A DNA stretch of 64,000 nucleotides from an uncultured bacterium (GTDB lineage: Bacteria > Actinomycetota > Acidimicrobiia > Spongiisociales > ZC4RG35). The DNA lies in NCBI GenBank assembly GCA_963753285.1, contig CAVWBT010000003.1:225039-289038 (forward strand), written 5' to 3'. Shown here piece after piece: positions 1-9,862 of the stretch. A program made the position numbers and the translations under genes. The notes beneath the pieces were generated by a model. That model had not been told where the DNA came from, made no database searches, and saw nothing but the letters and a program-made list of their open reading frames with translations. Position 1 is the first letter of the stretch; every line of letters begins with the position of its first letter.

Positions 1-122
1 GATGAAACGATTTCTCATCCAATTCCTCCCTTGGTTTCAAGTCAGTGCCGGCAGAGCCGGCACGTCGACCCTAGCCACACATTCGTGAACGGGTCGTGAA
101 TGCGGGGAACCAATTTCGAGTG

Positions 123-174
123 CCTTCTTGTGACGGGAACAGCGGGAATATCGATGTTTCCGTCACGAGAACGG
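123..174. terminator. Imperfect 19-bp-stem hairpin (CCTTCTTGTGACGGGAACA ... TGTTTCCGTCACGAGAACGG) immediately downstream of the dxs stop; member of the recurring TTCTTGTG palindromic family
   Basis: Inverted repeat read directly; it lies 3' of a minus-strand gene end; no U-tract. Confidence 0.45.
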
Positions 175-178
175 TCAG

Positions 179-2044
179 CTATTCGCCGATCAGTCCGAGC
201 ACGTGGGCGCTGATGGATGCGGGGTCGAGCCCGATGGACTCGAGGACGTCGGCGGCCGACCCGAAGGGGAGGAACCGATCGGGGACACCCATGACTTCGA
301 CCCGGGAGGCGGCCGGCGTGCCGGCCAGATGTTCGAGCACGGCGGCGCCGAAACCGCCCTTGGTCACGCCGTCTTCGACTGTGACGATGTGCTCGTAGCC
401 TTCCACCCACTCCGACAGCTTCGGGTCGATCGGCTTGATCCAGCGGGCGTTCAACACGCCACAGGAGATGCCACGCTGCTCGAGATCGGATGCCGCCTTC
501 TCGCACGCCTCGACCATGCGCCCGTTGGCGATGAAGAGCACGTCCGAGCCCGACTGCACCTCGACCCAGGTGCCGATGGGAACCGGATCGACGGGCATGG
601 CAGGGAGGGACGTTGCGGCCGCCTTCGGGTACCTCACCACGACCGGGCCATCGTGGCTGACCGCGGTGGCGACCATCCCGGCCAACTCGGTGGCATCGGC
701 CGGACTTCCGATCACGAGATTGGGAATACCTCGCAGCAGGGAGATGTCGAAGACGCCGTGATGGGACGAACCGTCGGGGCCGGTGACGCCGGCCCGATCG
801 AGCAGGAACGTCACGGGGAGGTCGTGGAGGCAGACGTCCATCGTGACCTGATCGATGGCGCGCTGGAGGAACGTCGAGTACATCGCAACGACGGGCCGCT
901 TGCCGGCCATGGCGAGGCCGGCCGCGAGTCCGACGGCGTGTTGCTCGGCGATCCCGACGTCGATGACCCGGTGCGGGAATTCCTCCGACATCTGCTGCAG
1001 CCCGGTCGACGACACCATCGCGGCGCTGATCCCCACCAGGTCGGGGTCGTTACGCGCCGCCTCGAGCAGTGCGACCCCGGCCACGTCGGTGTACTTCGTT
1101 TCGGACTTCAACGGCTGCCCGGTGGCGATATCGAAGGTCGAGACGCCGTGGAGCTTGTCGAGTTCGTCGGCGATGGCGGGCTCGTATCCGTTTCCCTTCT
1201 CGGTGACGATGTGCACCACGACCGGTTCACGGAACTCCTTCGCCCGCCGGAGCGTCTCCTCGATGAGGGGGATGTCGTGACCGTCGATGCGGCCCGAGTA
1301 CTTCAGTCCGAGCGTGTCGAACACCGTCGACGGTTCGATCACCTGCTTGACCGCCTCCTTGAACCGCATGGCGAGCTCGTCGGCGGTCTCACCGACCACC
1401 GGCATGGTGCGCAGCATCCTGCCCGTCGTCCGCTTCGCCCACTCGTAGCGGGGGTCGAACCGGAGCCCGGCGAGTCCCGCCAGCATGGCGAGCCCTCCCA
1501 CGGTGGGCGCATATGACCGACCGTTGTCGTTGAGAACGACGATCAGCTTCTCTGGTCGAAGGACCGATAGGTGGCTGAGTGCCTCGTAGGCCTGTCCGCC
1601 GGTGAACGCCCCATCGCCGATCACGGCGATGGAGAATCCGTCACCGCTGGCCAGTGCATTTCCCAGGGCGTAGGAAATCGAGGTCGACGCGTGGCTGTTC
1701 TCCACGAAGTCGTGGTCGCTCTCGGATCGCGACGGATAGCCGCTCATGCCGCCGAACGACCGGAGACGGTCGAAGCCCTCCTGGCGGCCGGTCAGCATCT
1801 TGTGGACGTATGCCTGGTGGCCGACGTCCCAGAAGATCCGATCGGTCGGCGAGTCGAACGCCCGATGGAGCGCGATGGTCAACTCGACGATGCCGAGGTT
1901 CGGGGACAGATGCCCACCGGTGCGGGAGATCTTGTCGAGGAGAAAGGCTCGGATCTCCTCGGCGAGCTCGTCCAGTTCTACCAGAGAGAGGTCGTCGAGA
2001 TCGGAGGGATCGGAGATGCGGGCTAGCAGCGACATCGGATGCAC
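179..2044 (-). CDS. dxs: 1-deoxy-D-xylulose-5-phosphate synthase
   Basis: 621-aa ORF with transketolase-like TPP-binding N-terminus (GDGAFTGGQAYEAL), Pyr and C-terminal domains; full-length Dxs-like throughout. Confidence 0.95.
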   Translation of the reverse strand: MHPMSLLARISDPSDLDDLSLVELDELAEEIRAFLLDKISRTGGHLSPNLGIVELTIALHRAFDSPTDRIFWDVGHQAYVHKMLTGRQEGFDRLRSFGGMSGYPSRSESDHDFVENSHASTSISYALGNALASGDGFSIAVIGDGAFTGGQAYEALSHLSVLRPEKLIVVLNDNGRSYAPTVGGLAMLAGLAGLRFDPRYEWAKRTTGRMLRTMPVVGETADELAMRFKEAVKQVIEPSTVFDTLGLKYSGRIDGHDIPLIEETLRRAKEFREPVVVHIVTEKGNGYEPAIADELDKLHGVSTFDIATGQPLKSETKYTDVAGVALLEAARNDPDLVGISAAMVSSTGLQQMSEEFPHRVIDVGIAEQHAVGLAAGLAMAGKRPVVAMYSTFLQRAIDQVTMDVCLHDLPVTFLLDRAGVTGPDGSSHHGVFDISLLRGIPNLVIGSPADATELAGMVATAVSHDGPVVVRYPKAAATSLPAMPVDPVPIGTWVEVQSGSDVLFIANGRMVEACEKAASDLEQRGISCGVLNARWIKPIDPKLSEWVEGYEHIVTVEDGVTKGGFGAAVLEHLAGTPAASRVEVMGVPDRFLPFGSAADVLESIGLDPASISAHVLGLIGE

Positions 2045-2119
2045 AACGCTACCTGTCGTCAGTGGTATTCAGGAACCACCGTGCCAGCAGGCGGCGACGG
2101 CTCAACCGCCCGACGGGCC

Positions 2120-3862
2120 TCACGTGCGCGTTTGCGATTCGGCTCCGATCGGCCGACTGATCGGGATCGTGACTCGGAACGTGGATCCGACCCCCAGCTC
2201 GGAAGACACCGAGACGGATCCGCCGTGTCGCTCGGCGACGTGTTTGACGATGGCGAGACCGAGCCCGGTTCCGCCTGTCTCCCGGGAGCGAGCCACGTCG
2301 ACTCGGTAGAACCGCTCGAAGACGCGATTGAGTGATCGAGTCGGGATGCCCGCTCCGGTGTCGGCGACTGCCAGTTCGACCGAGTCGACGTGCGGGATGA
2401 GCGTGACGGATACGCGGCCACCGCCGTCGGTGTACGCGATCGCGTTCTCGCACAGGTTACGGATGGCCAGCGCCCAGTCGGACGATGGTCCCGAGACGGT
2501 GACAGGTGCGAGGTCGGCGACCACCGAGATGCCGGCGGATTCGGCTCGTGCTCTCAGACGCTCGATCTCCTCGATCACCACGCCGTCGAGCCGAGTCGCC
2601 TCATCGGAGCGAGCCGACGCCTCCAACCGGGAGAGGTCGAGGAGATCCGAGACGATCCGGGCGAGACGGCGTCCAGCCGTCTCGATCTGTGCCGCGAACC
2701 CCTCCACCCGATCAGGGTCCCGCGACAGGGCGAGCTGCAGAGCGTCGGAGGACGCGAGGATCGATGCGATCGGTGTCTTGAGTTCGTGCGATGCGTCGGC
2801 TACGAAGTCGCGACGCATCGCCTCCAAACGATGCCGTTCGGTGATGTCGGCTGCGACAACGAGCACTCGGGCGATGTCATCGCGGATCGGAGTCGCCACG
2901 ACCGACACCACTCTCGCCGGAGCACCCAGTTCGACGTCCAGCCGGACCACCTGGCCATCTCGGGCTGTCCGTACGGCTCGCTGAACACTGGCGGGAGTCA
3001 ACGCCTTGAGGCGGTCCGGCACCACACCGAACAGATCGCTGAACGGGCCGTTGGCATACGAGAGCCGGTCGTCGGGCTCGACCAGCAGGACACCCTCCGG
3101 TAGCGCACCGAGAACGGCTTCGAGCGTCTCTCGCTCCTCCTCGCTCTCACGGATCCGGCGACCCAGATCGGATGCCATTCGACCGATCGCCTGACCGAGG
3201 CGATCGAGCTCGATCGTGGACGACCGCCCGGGTTGCGCGTCGATACGGCCGCCTGCCACGGCATCCGCCGTCTCGGTCAGAGCAGCGATGGGGCGGGCGA
3301 TGCGCGCCGAGACGAACATCGCACCGAGAAGGCCAACGATGCCGACCAACGCGATCGCCGTGACGATCCGCCCTGTCACCGCACTCAGCTCATCGTCGAT
3401 CTTCCCCTCTGTGACGGACAGCCGTACGATCCGGCCGTCTTCGGGGGGCAACGCAACGTACAGGCGGTTCTCGTCTGTGGTTTCGCTGTAGCGAGATGAA
3501 CGGCCGATCTCGCCCGTGATCGCAGCGATGACCTCAGGCCTGTCGGAGTGATCGTCCATCACCGCGGGGTCCGATTCCGAGTCGGCGAGCACCCGCCCGT
3601 CCACCGATATCAAGGTCACCCGCGCATCCAACACCACCGCCTGCTGCGTCACGTCGCGCTGCGGGTCGACGTCCGGCAGCGTCAGGGCGACCAAGGCCGC
3701 CTTCTCGACGAGGTCGTCTGCGAGCTGCTCGATCAGCGAGTCGCGTACGCCGTTGCGAACGAGGATCGCCACGAGGACCAACAACAGGAGAAAGACGATC
3801 GTGAACAGGGAGAGGACGCGGCCGCGCAGCGTCCGAACCCCGAGTCTCACTCGATCAAACAT
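2120..3862 (-). CDS. Two-component sensor histidine kinase (HAMP-PAS-HisKA-HATPase), PhoR/SenX3-like
   Basis: N-terminal TM segments, H-box ASHELKTPIASI, G-box GTGLGLAIVKHVAERHGG; overlaps the upstream response-regulator gene by 8 bp in a Pho operon context. Confidence 0.9.
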   Translation of the reverse strand: MFDRVRLGVRTLRGRVLSLFTIVFLLLLVLVAILVRNGVRDSLIEQLADDLVEKAALVALTLPDVDPQRDVTQQAVVLDARVTLISVDGRVLADSESDPAVMDDHSDRPEVIAAITGEIGRSSRYSETTDENRLYVALPPEDGRIVRLSVTEGKIDDELSAVTGRIVTAIALVGIVGLLGAMFVSARIARPIAALTETADAVAGGRIDAQPGRSSTIELDRLGQAIGRMASDLGRRIRESEEERETLEAVLGALPEGVLLVEPDDRLSYANGPFSDLFGVVPDRLKALTPASVQRAVRTARDGQVVRLDVELGAPARVVSVVATPIRDDIARVLVVAADITERHRLEAMRRDFVADASHELKTPIASILASSDALQLALSRDPDRVEGFAAQIETAGRRLARIVSDLLDLSRLEASARSDEATRLDGVVIEEIERLRARAESAGISVVADLAPVTVSGPSSDWALAIRNLCENAIAYTDGGGRVSVTLIPHVDSVELAVADTGAGIPTRSLNRVFERFYRVDVARSRETGGTGLGLAIVKHVAERHGGSVSVSSELGVGSTFRVTIPISRPIGAESQTRT

Positions 3863-4571
3863 CGACGAACTTGTACCCGAGCCCTCGCTCGGTCACGATC
3901 TTCCTGGGCTTCGACGGATCGGATTCGAGCTTCTCCCGGAGACGCTTGATGTGCACATCGAGCGTCTTCGTATCACCGAAGTATGACGGTCCCCACACCT
4001 CGTCGATGAGGACATCACGGGTCGCGAGCCGGTTCACCCGGCGCATCAGCGACTCGAGCAGGTCGAACTCCTTCGGGCGGAGCTTCACGAGCTCGCCATC
4101 GACGCGGACCTCGTGCGCGTCCACATCGAGCTCGATACCGCCGGAACGCAGCACGTCGTTGGGCTCCGTCGGCGTTACCGACCGGTCGATTCGGCGGATC
4201 TGTGCTCGCACTCTCGCCATCAGCTCCCGCATCGAGAAGGGCTTCGTCACGTAGTCGTCGGCACCGAGTTCGAGACCGGCAACCGTGTCTGCCTCACCGT
4301 CTCGAGCGGTCACCATGATGATCGGCACACCAGATTCGGCTCGAATCCGGCGGCAGACGTCGAGACCCGACGACTCGGGGAGCATGACGTCGAGCAGGAC
4401 GAGCGACGGACTCACCGCTCGGAAGCGCTCGACCGCTTCACGACCGGTGCCGACGGTCGTGACGTCGAATCCCTCCACTTCGAGCGCGTACCTGACCGAC
4501 TCCGCCAGCGCGACCTCGTCCTCGACGACGAGCACGCGATGTTTCGTCTCAGACCTCGCTCCCCCGCTCAT
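3855..4571 (-). CDS. OmpR/PhoB-family response regulator (PhoP/RegX3-like)
   Basis: Receiver domain VLVVEDE...LLDVMLP; winged-helix C-terminus LTxREFDLL...GYKF; start chosen at MSGGARSETKHRVLVVEDE (the ORF extends further upstream). Confidence 0.88.
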   Translation of the reverse strand: MSGGARSETKHRVLVVEDEVALAESVRYALEVEGFDVTTVGTGREAVERFRAVSPSLVLLDVMLPESSGLDVCRRIRAESGVPIIMVTARDGEADTVAGLELGADDYVTKPFSMRELMARVRAQIRRIDRSVTPTEPNDVLRSGGIELDVDAHEVRVDGELVKLRPKEFDLLESLMRRVNRLATRDVLIDEVWGPSYFGDTKTLDVHIKRLREKLESDPSKPRKIVTERGLGYKFVDV

Positions 4572-5241
4572 CGAGCGCCTCCTCGTTGAAATCGTGCAGT
4601 TCACCCGTGACCAGGTAGACGACCTGTTCACCGATGTCGACGGACTGATCGCCGATCCGTTCGAGTGCTCGCGACGCCATCATCATGTGAGTCGCCCATT
4701 CGAGCAGTTTCGGGTCGGTGCCGAGGGCCACCACCTCCCGATACATGCCCATGTTCAGCCGGTCCACTGGCTCGTCCATCGCCGGCAGGAGCCGTGCCTC
4801 GTCGGCATCCCGCCGGATGAAGCTCTCGATGGCGGTTCGCAGCATCGGCCGGACGAGGTCGGCCATCTCCTGGATCTGCTGGTTGACGCGACTGCTGCTC
4901 GGGAGCCCTCGACACAGCTCGGCCAGCTTCGCGATGTTCACGGCCTGGTCTCCGGTCCGTTCCAGCGTCACGTTCATGTGGAGGAGGACCGACATCAGGC
5001 GCAGGTCGGCGCCCATCGGTTGTTGTCGGGCGATCAGGTTGATCCAGCGATTGTGGATGTCGAGGTACATCTGATCGATGAACCGGTCGCTGGCCTGGAC
5101 CTCGTCGGCGAGCTCGGCGTCACCGACGATGAGCGCCTGAACGGCCTTGCCGATCATGTCGTGGGCTCGGTCTCCGATCTCGTGGATGCTCTGCTCGAGT
5201 GAATCGAGCTCTGCGTGGAAATGCGTTCTCTGGTCCACCAT
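4549..5241 (-). CDS. phoU: Phosphate signaling complex protein PhoU
   Basis: Two PhoU repeats (ELDSLEQSIHEIGD..., ERIGDQSVDIGE); immediately downstream of pstB; start taken at MVDQRTHF. Confidence 0.9.
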   Translation of the reverse strand: MVDQRTHFHAELDSLEQSIHEIGDRAHDMIGKAVQALIVGDAELADEVQASDRFIDQMYLDIHNRWINLIARQQPMGADLRLMSVLLHMNVTLERTGDQAVNIAKLAELCRGLPSSSRVNQQIQEMADLVRPMLRTAIESFIRRDADEARLLPAMDEPVDRLNMGMYREVVALGTDPKLLEWATHMMMASRALERIGDQSVDIGEQVVYLVTGELHDFNEEALDERGSEV

Positions 5242-5263
5242 CAGCTCCTCTCCGTCCGCCCGG

Positions 5264-6157
5264 TCATCCGAATCGTCCGGTGATGTACTGCTCGGTCTCT
5301 TCGTGCTCCGGTGTCGTGAAGATCTTGTCTGTGTACCCATACTCCACGAGCCGACCGGTACGCATGCCTGCGTCGTTGACGTCGACAGAGAAGAACGCGG
5401 TCCGATCCGAGATGCGCGCCGCCTGCTGCATGTTGTGAGTGACGATGATGATCGAGTAGTCGTTCTTGAGTTCCTGCATCAGCTCTTCGATGCGCAGCGT
5501 GGCGATGGGATCCAGGGCCGAGGCAGGCTCGTCCATCAGCACGACATCCGGATTGGTGGCGATCGCCCGTGCGATACAGAGTCGTTGCTGCTGGCCTCCC
5601 GAGAGGGAGTAGCCACTCTCGGGCAGCTTGTCCTTCACCTCGTCCCACAAGGCGGCCTGCCGGAGCGCTCGCTCGACCAGATCGGAGAGTTCACCCTTCG
5701 AACCCTTGAAGCCATTGATCTTCGCTCCCCATGCGACGTTGTCGAAGATCGACTTCGGGAAGGGGTTCGGCTTCTGGAACACCATGCCGATCCGACGACG
5801 AACCTCGACGGGGTCGACGTCGTCGGAATAGATGTCGGTGTCGTTGTAGATCACCGTGCCTTCGACACGGGCGGACGGGATGAGATCGTTCATCCGGTTG
5901 AAACACCTCAGCACCGTCGACTTCCCACACCCCGACGGACCGATCAGTGCGGTGATCTCGTTCTTGCCGAACCTCATCGTTACGTCACGGACGGCTCTGA
6001 ATTCGCCGTAGTAGACCCCGAGACCCCGAGCCTCGATGACCGCGTCCTCGATCTGCATCGATCTGGTGTCGTCGCCTGTCGAGCGCATTCGGGTCGTGAT
6101 GTCGATTGGGCGATCGGATGCTCTGCTCATGGCGGGTGCGGTCTCGGTGTCGGACAT
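5264..6157 (-). CDS. pstB: Phosphate ABC transporter ATP-binding protein PstB
   Basis: Walker [13 protein letters not shown] signature [14 protein letters not shown], Walker B VLMDEP; start taken at MSDTE. Confidence 0.93.
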   Translation of the reverse strand: MSDTETAPAMSRASDRPIDITTRMRSTGDDTRSMQIEDAVIEARGLGVYYGEFRAVRDVTMRFGKNEITALIGPSGCGKSTVLRCFNRMNDLIPSARVEGTVIYNDTDIYSDDVDPVEVRRRIGMVFQKPNPFPKSIFDNVAWGAKINGFKGSKGELSDLVERALRQAALWDEVKDKLPESGYSLSGGQQQRLCIARAIATNPDVVLMDEPASALDPIATLRIEELMQELKNDYSIIIVTHNMQQAARISDRTAFFSVDVNDAGMRTGRLVEYGYTDKIFTTPEHEETEQYITGRFG

Positions 6158-6159
6158 CT

Positions 6160-7569
6160 TCAGGCTCTCCTGGAGTATCGGTTTCGGAGTATCACGGCGG
6201 CTGCATTGAGAGTCAACAGGAGAACGAGCAACACGAGGATGGCCGCAGCTGCGATGTTGCGGAACTCCTCCTGGGGCAGCGAGGTCCACTGGAAGATCTG
6301 GATCGGCATCGCCGTGTAGTTCGAGAAGGGGCCGGTCGGATCCGAGGTGATGAACCCTGCCGCACCGACCACGATCAGCGGCGCCGTCTCACCGATTGCC
6401 CGGGCGACGGCGAGGATCGCACCTGTGAGGATGCCTGGAAGCGCAACCGGCAGGACCTGGCTGCGAACGGTCTGCCACCTGGTTGCCCCCAGCCCGAGGC
6501 CGGCCTGTCGGAGCGAGTTGGGGACCGCCTTGAGCGCCTCCTGGGCGCTGATGATCACGACCGGCAGGATCAGCAAGCCCAGGGTGATGCCACCCGAGAG
6601 GATCGTCCGGCCGTTGCTCGCCGCCCCATCGCCGAGGAAGAGCGAACCGCTGGTCAGCGGCTCGAAGGTGCGCACGAGCACGGCCAACCCGAGCATCCCG
6701 TAGATGATCGAGGGGACTCCTGCGAGGTTGTAGATGTTCGTCTGGATGAACTCGTTGAGCCGACTCGGCTTGGCGAACTCGACGAGATAGATGGCGGCGC
6801 CGACCCCGACCGGCACCGCGAACAGCATCGTGATGAGCACGAGATAGGTCGAGCCGAGGATGGCAGTGCGAATCCCGGCGAGCTCGGGGGTGGAGTTCTG
6901 GGGGGATCGGATGAAGTCGAGGTTGAGCCACGCCCTCCACTCGAATCTCACCTCATCTGCGGTGTAATCACCGAATCGCTGGGGGGAGGTCTCGAATGCG
7001 TCGAGCACGGACCGCTCGAATCCCTGGCGGTCGAACAACGACGGGACCAGATCATTCGAGGCGATCACGTCCGGTTGGACGACCCGCTCGCGAACCAGGG
7101 CGAGCACGTCGGCCTGGTTGCGGATCCCGCCGGTGCAGCCTGCTGGAGGCTCGTCCGAGGCGCAGATCTCGTCCCATTTCTGCTGGGACTCGAACACGAG
7201 CCGGTCGGGGTAGAACCGCTGCTCGCGCTCGAGCCGGCGCCCGACACCGCTCGAGACGGCACCTTCGAGAAGACCGACGAGCTGGTCCTTGTCGAGGTCC
7301 CTCAGCGATGTGGTTTGGGGGTCGAGGCCCAATTCCGCCACGACGTCTTCGGGGTTCTGCGCGTTGACGATGGCGACGAGCCCGAAGGCGTCGTTGATGA
7401 CGGTGTAGAGCAACGTGAACAATGCCAGGACGGCGATGATCAGCGCGAGCAGGAAGCCGCTCTGCGCCAGGAAGGATTTGCGGCTGCGCCGATTGAGTAG
7501 TGCGACGAATTCGTCGTCGGTTGGGTACAGATCGCGCGGCTCGACCTTCTCGGGTGCGGTGGCGGTCAC
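6160..7569 (-). CDS. pstA: Phosphate ABC transporter permease PstA (with large extracytoplasmic insertion)
   Basis: Permease core with EAA-like loop ([25 protein letters not shown]); placed between pstC and pstB. Confidence 0.88.
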   Translation of the reverse strand: MTATAPEKVEPRDLYPTDDEFVALLNRRSRKSFLAQSGFLLALIIAVLALFTLLYTVINDAFGLVAIVNAQNPEDVVAELGLDPQTTSLRDLDKDQLVGLLEGAVSSGVGRRLEREQRFYPDRLVFESQQKWDEICASDEPPAGCTGGIRNQADVLALVRERVVQPDVIASNDLVPSLFDRQGFERSVLDAFETSPQRFGDYTADEVRFEWRAWLNLDFIRSPQNSTPELAGIRTAILGSTYLVLITMLFAVPVGVGAAIYLVEFAKPSRLNEFIQTNIYNLAGVPSIIYGMLGLAVLVRTFEPLTSGSLFLGDGAASNGRTILSGGITLGLLILPVVIISAQEALKAVPNSLRQAGLGLGATRWQTVRSQVLPVALPGILTGAILAVARAIGETAPLIVVGAAGFITSDPTGPFSNYTAMPIQIFQWTSLPQEEFRNIAAAAILVLLVLLLTLNAAAVILRNRYSRRA

Positions 7570-8537
7570 TCGTACACCTCTCTGAACCGCTTCACGAAGC
7601 GACGACTCAGGATGTTGAGGCCGAGCGTCATGAAGAACAGCGTGAGCCCGATGGCGAAGATCGAGTTGTAGTCGATGGTGTTGTAGCTGAGGTCTCCGCT
7701 GGAGATCCGGACGATGTGGCCGGTCATGGCCTCGCCCGGCTGGAACGGATTGAGGATGTAGCCGAAGAGCGAGTCCTCGGTCAGGTGAAAGTTCCGGGGC
7801 GCCGCCCCAGAAGCCAACGCAACGACCATGGTCTCCCCCACCGCCCGTGACATCGCCACGACGAACGCGGCCGCAATGCCTGAGAGGGCGGCGGGAAGCA
7901 CGATTCGGGTCGACACCTCGAGCTTCGACGCACCGAGCCCGTACGCCGCCTGTCGGAGCGAATCGGGAACGGCGTGGATGGCGTCTTCTGACAGCGAACT
8001 GACCAGCGGGATGATCAGAATCCCCACGACGATGCCGGCGGACGCGACATTGAAGAACCCTACGACGTTGTCACCGATCACCGACCGCAGGAGAGGCGTC
8101 ATGAAGGTCAAAGCGAAGAACCCGTACACCACGGTGGGGATTCCGACGAGCACCTCGAGCATCGGTTTGAGGATCTGGCGGACTCGCTCCGACGCGTACT
8201 CGGACAGGTAGATCGCAGAAGCGAGCCCCAGTGGGAGCGCGACCATCATCGCGATCAGGCTGATGAGCACCGTTGAGAGGATCAGCGCCCAGATACCGAA
8301 GGATCCGGCTCCGGGCTGCCAGACGGTTCCGGTGAGGAACTCGGCGACCGAGACCCGCTCGTCCTGGAAGAAGAGCAGCGATTCCTTGCCGAGTTCGTAG
8401 AGGATGCCGAAGGTGGTCGCGATCGACACGACGCCGCACAGGAACAGCGCTACTCGGATGAGCAGCTCAGCCGGCCTCGATCGCTTCCGAAGCGACATGG
8501 CGAGGGCGCCGGCTGCTGCCGGGGTATCCGTCGTCAT
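7566..8537 (-). CDS. pstC: Phosphate ABC transporter permease PstC
   Basis: Multi-TM permease with conserved loop (EDAIHAVPDSLRQAAYGLGASKLEVSTRIVLP); overlaps pstA by 4 bp. Confidence 0.9.
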   Translation of the reverse strand: MTTDTPAAAGALAMSLRKRSRPAELLIRVALFLCGVVSIATTFGILYELGKESLLFFQDERVSVAEFLTGTVWQPGAGSFGIWALILSTVLISLIAMMVALPLGLASAIYLSEYASERVRQILKPMLEVLVGIPTVVYGFFALTFMTPLLRSVIGDNVVGFFNVASAGIVVGILIIPLVSSLSEDAIHAVPDSLRQAAYGLGASKLEVSTRIVLPAALSGIAAAFVVAMSRAVGETMVVALASGAAPRNFHLTEDSLFGYILNPFQPGEAMTGHIVRISSGDLSYNTIDYNSIFAIGLTLFFMTLGLNILSRRFVKRFREVYE

Positions 8538-8628
8538 GGCTGCTCCTCGACGCGGACGCCTGGCTCGGCCGGTGTACCGGCCGAGCCACGTTCCAAACCG
8601 CTCGATGGGCGCATCAAGACGGCCTCAT

Positions 8629-9693
8629 CTAGAAGTCGGCCGCTGCTTTGATGGCGTCTGCCGCCTCCTGCAGCGCCGACTGCGGTGCGGGGAAGTACCC
8701 GACATCGCCGATCACCTCGTTGACCCGGTTCAGGTAGAAGGCGATGAAGCTGGCGACCTGAGGCTTCTCGGCCACGATGCCGGCGTCGGTGTACATGAAC
8801 AGTGGTCGGGCGAGTGGGTAGGTGCCCTCGTTCACCGAGTCGTCGCCCGGCGACACGGGACCGTCTCCGGCATCCACGGCGACGGCCTGGAGGAGGTCGG
8901 CGTTCTCGGCGAAGAAGGCGTACCCGAAGTAGCCGATCGCGCAGGTCGACGCCAGGTCGCCCTCGGTGCAGCCGTCCCCGGCGACACCCTGAACGGTCAC
9001 GTTGTCGTCCTCACCGACGATCTGAGCGATCGACGACAGGATCGGAGAGGAGTCCGTCTCGTCGAAGATCTCCTCGTTGAAGTAGTCGAACGTCCCCGAA
9101 TCAGCGCCCGGCGTGAACAGTTGGATCGGGTGCGCTGGGAAGTCGGGGTTGACGTCGGCCCACGTGGCTCCGGGGTCCGTGAGCGAGAACGCCGTCGCGA
9201 TCTCCTCGAACGTCAGCTCCTGAGCGAAGTAGTTGCCCTGGCTGATGACAAGCGACAACGCATCGGTACCGACACGGATCTCGATCGGCTCGCGACCGAT
9301 GTCGTTGCACTGAGCGACCTCTTCGTCCTTGATCGGACGCGAGGCATTCGAGATGTCCGAGGCCCCCTCCACACAGAACCGCTCGAAGCCACCTCCCGAG
9401 CCGATGGAGTCGATGGGATAGCCGGGACCGCCTTCGTCTTCCCAGAGGCTCATCACCGCAGTCGACAGCGGGAAGACGGTCGACGAGCCGGCGATCGCCA
9501 CCTCACCGGTGGGCACATCGAGAGGGTCGATGACCGGCAGCCCGAGATCGGATGAGGGACCGCCCGAGTCGGCCGGTGTGGCGGTGGTATCGGACGGCTG
9601 AGTCGTTGCCGGAGCCGATGCCGTCGTGTCCGTGGTGTCACCGGAGTCGGTATCTCCGCACGCTGCCAACACCAGTGCGGTCACCGCGAACAT
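8629..9693 (-). CDS. pstS: Phosphate-binding lipoprotein PstS
   Basis: Signal peptide plus lipobox (LVLAACG), Thr/Ser/Asp-rich linker, PBP-like core; start taken at MFAVTALV (the ORF extends to 9759). Confidence 0.85.
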   Translation of the reverse strand: MFAVTALVLAACGDTDSGDTTDTTASAPATTQPSDTTATPADSGGPSSDLGLPVIDPLDVPTGEVAIAGSSTVFPLSTAVMSLWEDEGGPGYPIDSIGSGGGFERFCVEGASDISNASRPIKDEEVAQCNDIGREPIEIRVGTDALSLVISQGNYFAQELTFEEIATAFSLTDPGATWADVNPDFPAHPIQLFTPGADSGTFDYFNEEIFDETDSSPILSSIAQIVGEDDNVTVQGVAGDGCTEGDLASTCAIGYFGYAFFAENADLLQAVAVDAGDGPVSPGDDSVNEGTYPLARPLFMYTDAGIVAEKPQVASFIAFYLNRVNEVIGDVGYFPAPQSALQEAADAIKAAADF

Positions 9694-9803
9694 CGTCACG
9701 GTCTTGCGAGATTTCGTCACGCTGAGCTCTCCCCTGCGTCTTCGGATGTGTGATTGCACGAGACCGAGACGATGTGCCCCGACCCCGGGATCAACGTAGA
9801 GAG

Positions 9804-9847
9804 ACGGTCTGAACCGAAAGGACCCGCAACGTGAACGGGAGGTGAAC
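9804..9847 (-). promoter_or_regulatory. PHO-box-like array: four 11-nt direct repeat units on the minus strand (GTTCACCTCCC / GTTCACGTTGC / GGGTCCTTTCG / GTTCAGACCGT) upstream of pstS
   Basis: GTTCAC hexamers phased at exactly 11 nt, read directly; this matches the Streptomyces/Corynebacterium PhoP direct-repeat-unit architecture. Confidence 0.55.
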
Positions 9848-9862
9848 GTTTCGGCGTTCGGG

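Noticed and set aside
203-1516. 437-aa plus-strand ORF (and many other 60-500-aa ORFs) antisense to dxs, ppk, pst genes and others
   Set aside because: Gly/Arg/Asp-rich low-complexity translations typical of antisense frames in 68%-GC DNA. Each overlaps a well-supported gene on the other strand.
4549-4571. Possible mis-called response-regulator start causing a 23-nt overlap with phoU
   Set aside because: Not resolvable from sequence alone. A GTG slightly downstream would remove the overlap, so the M-start is kept and noted as uncertain.
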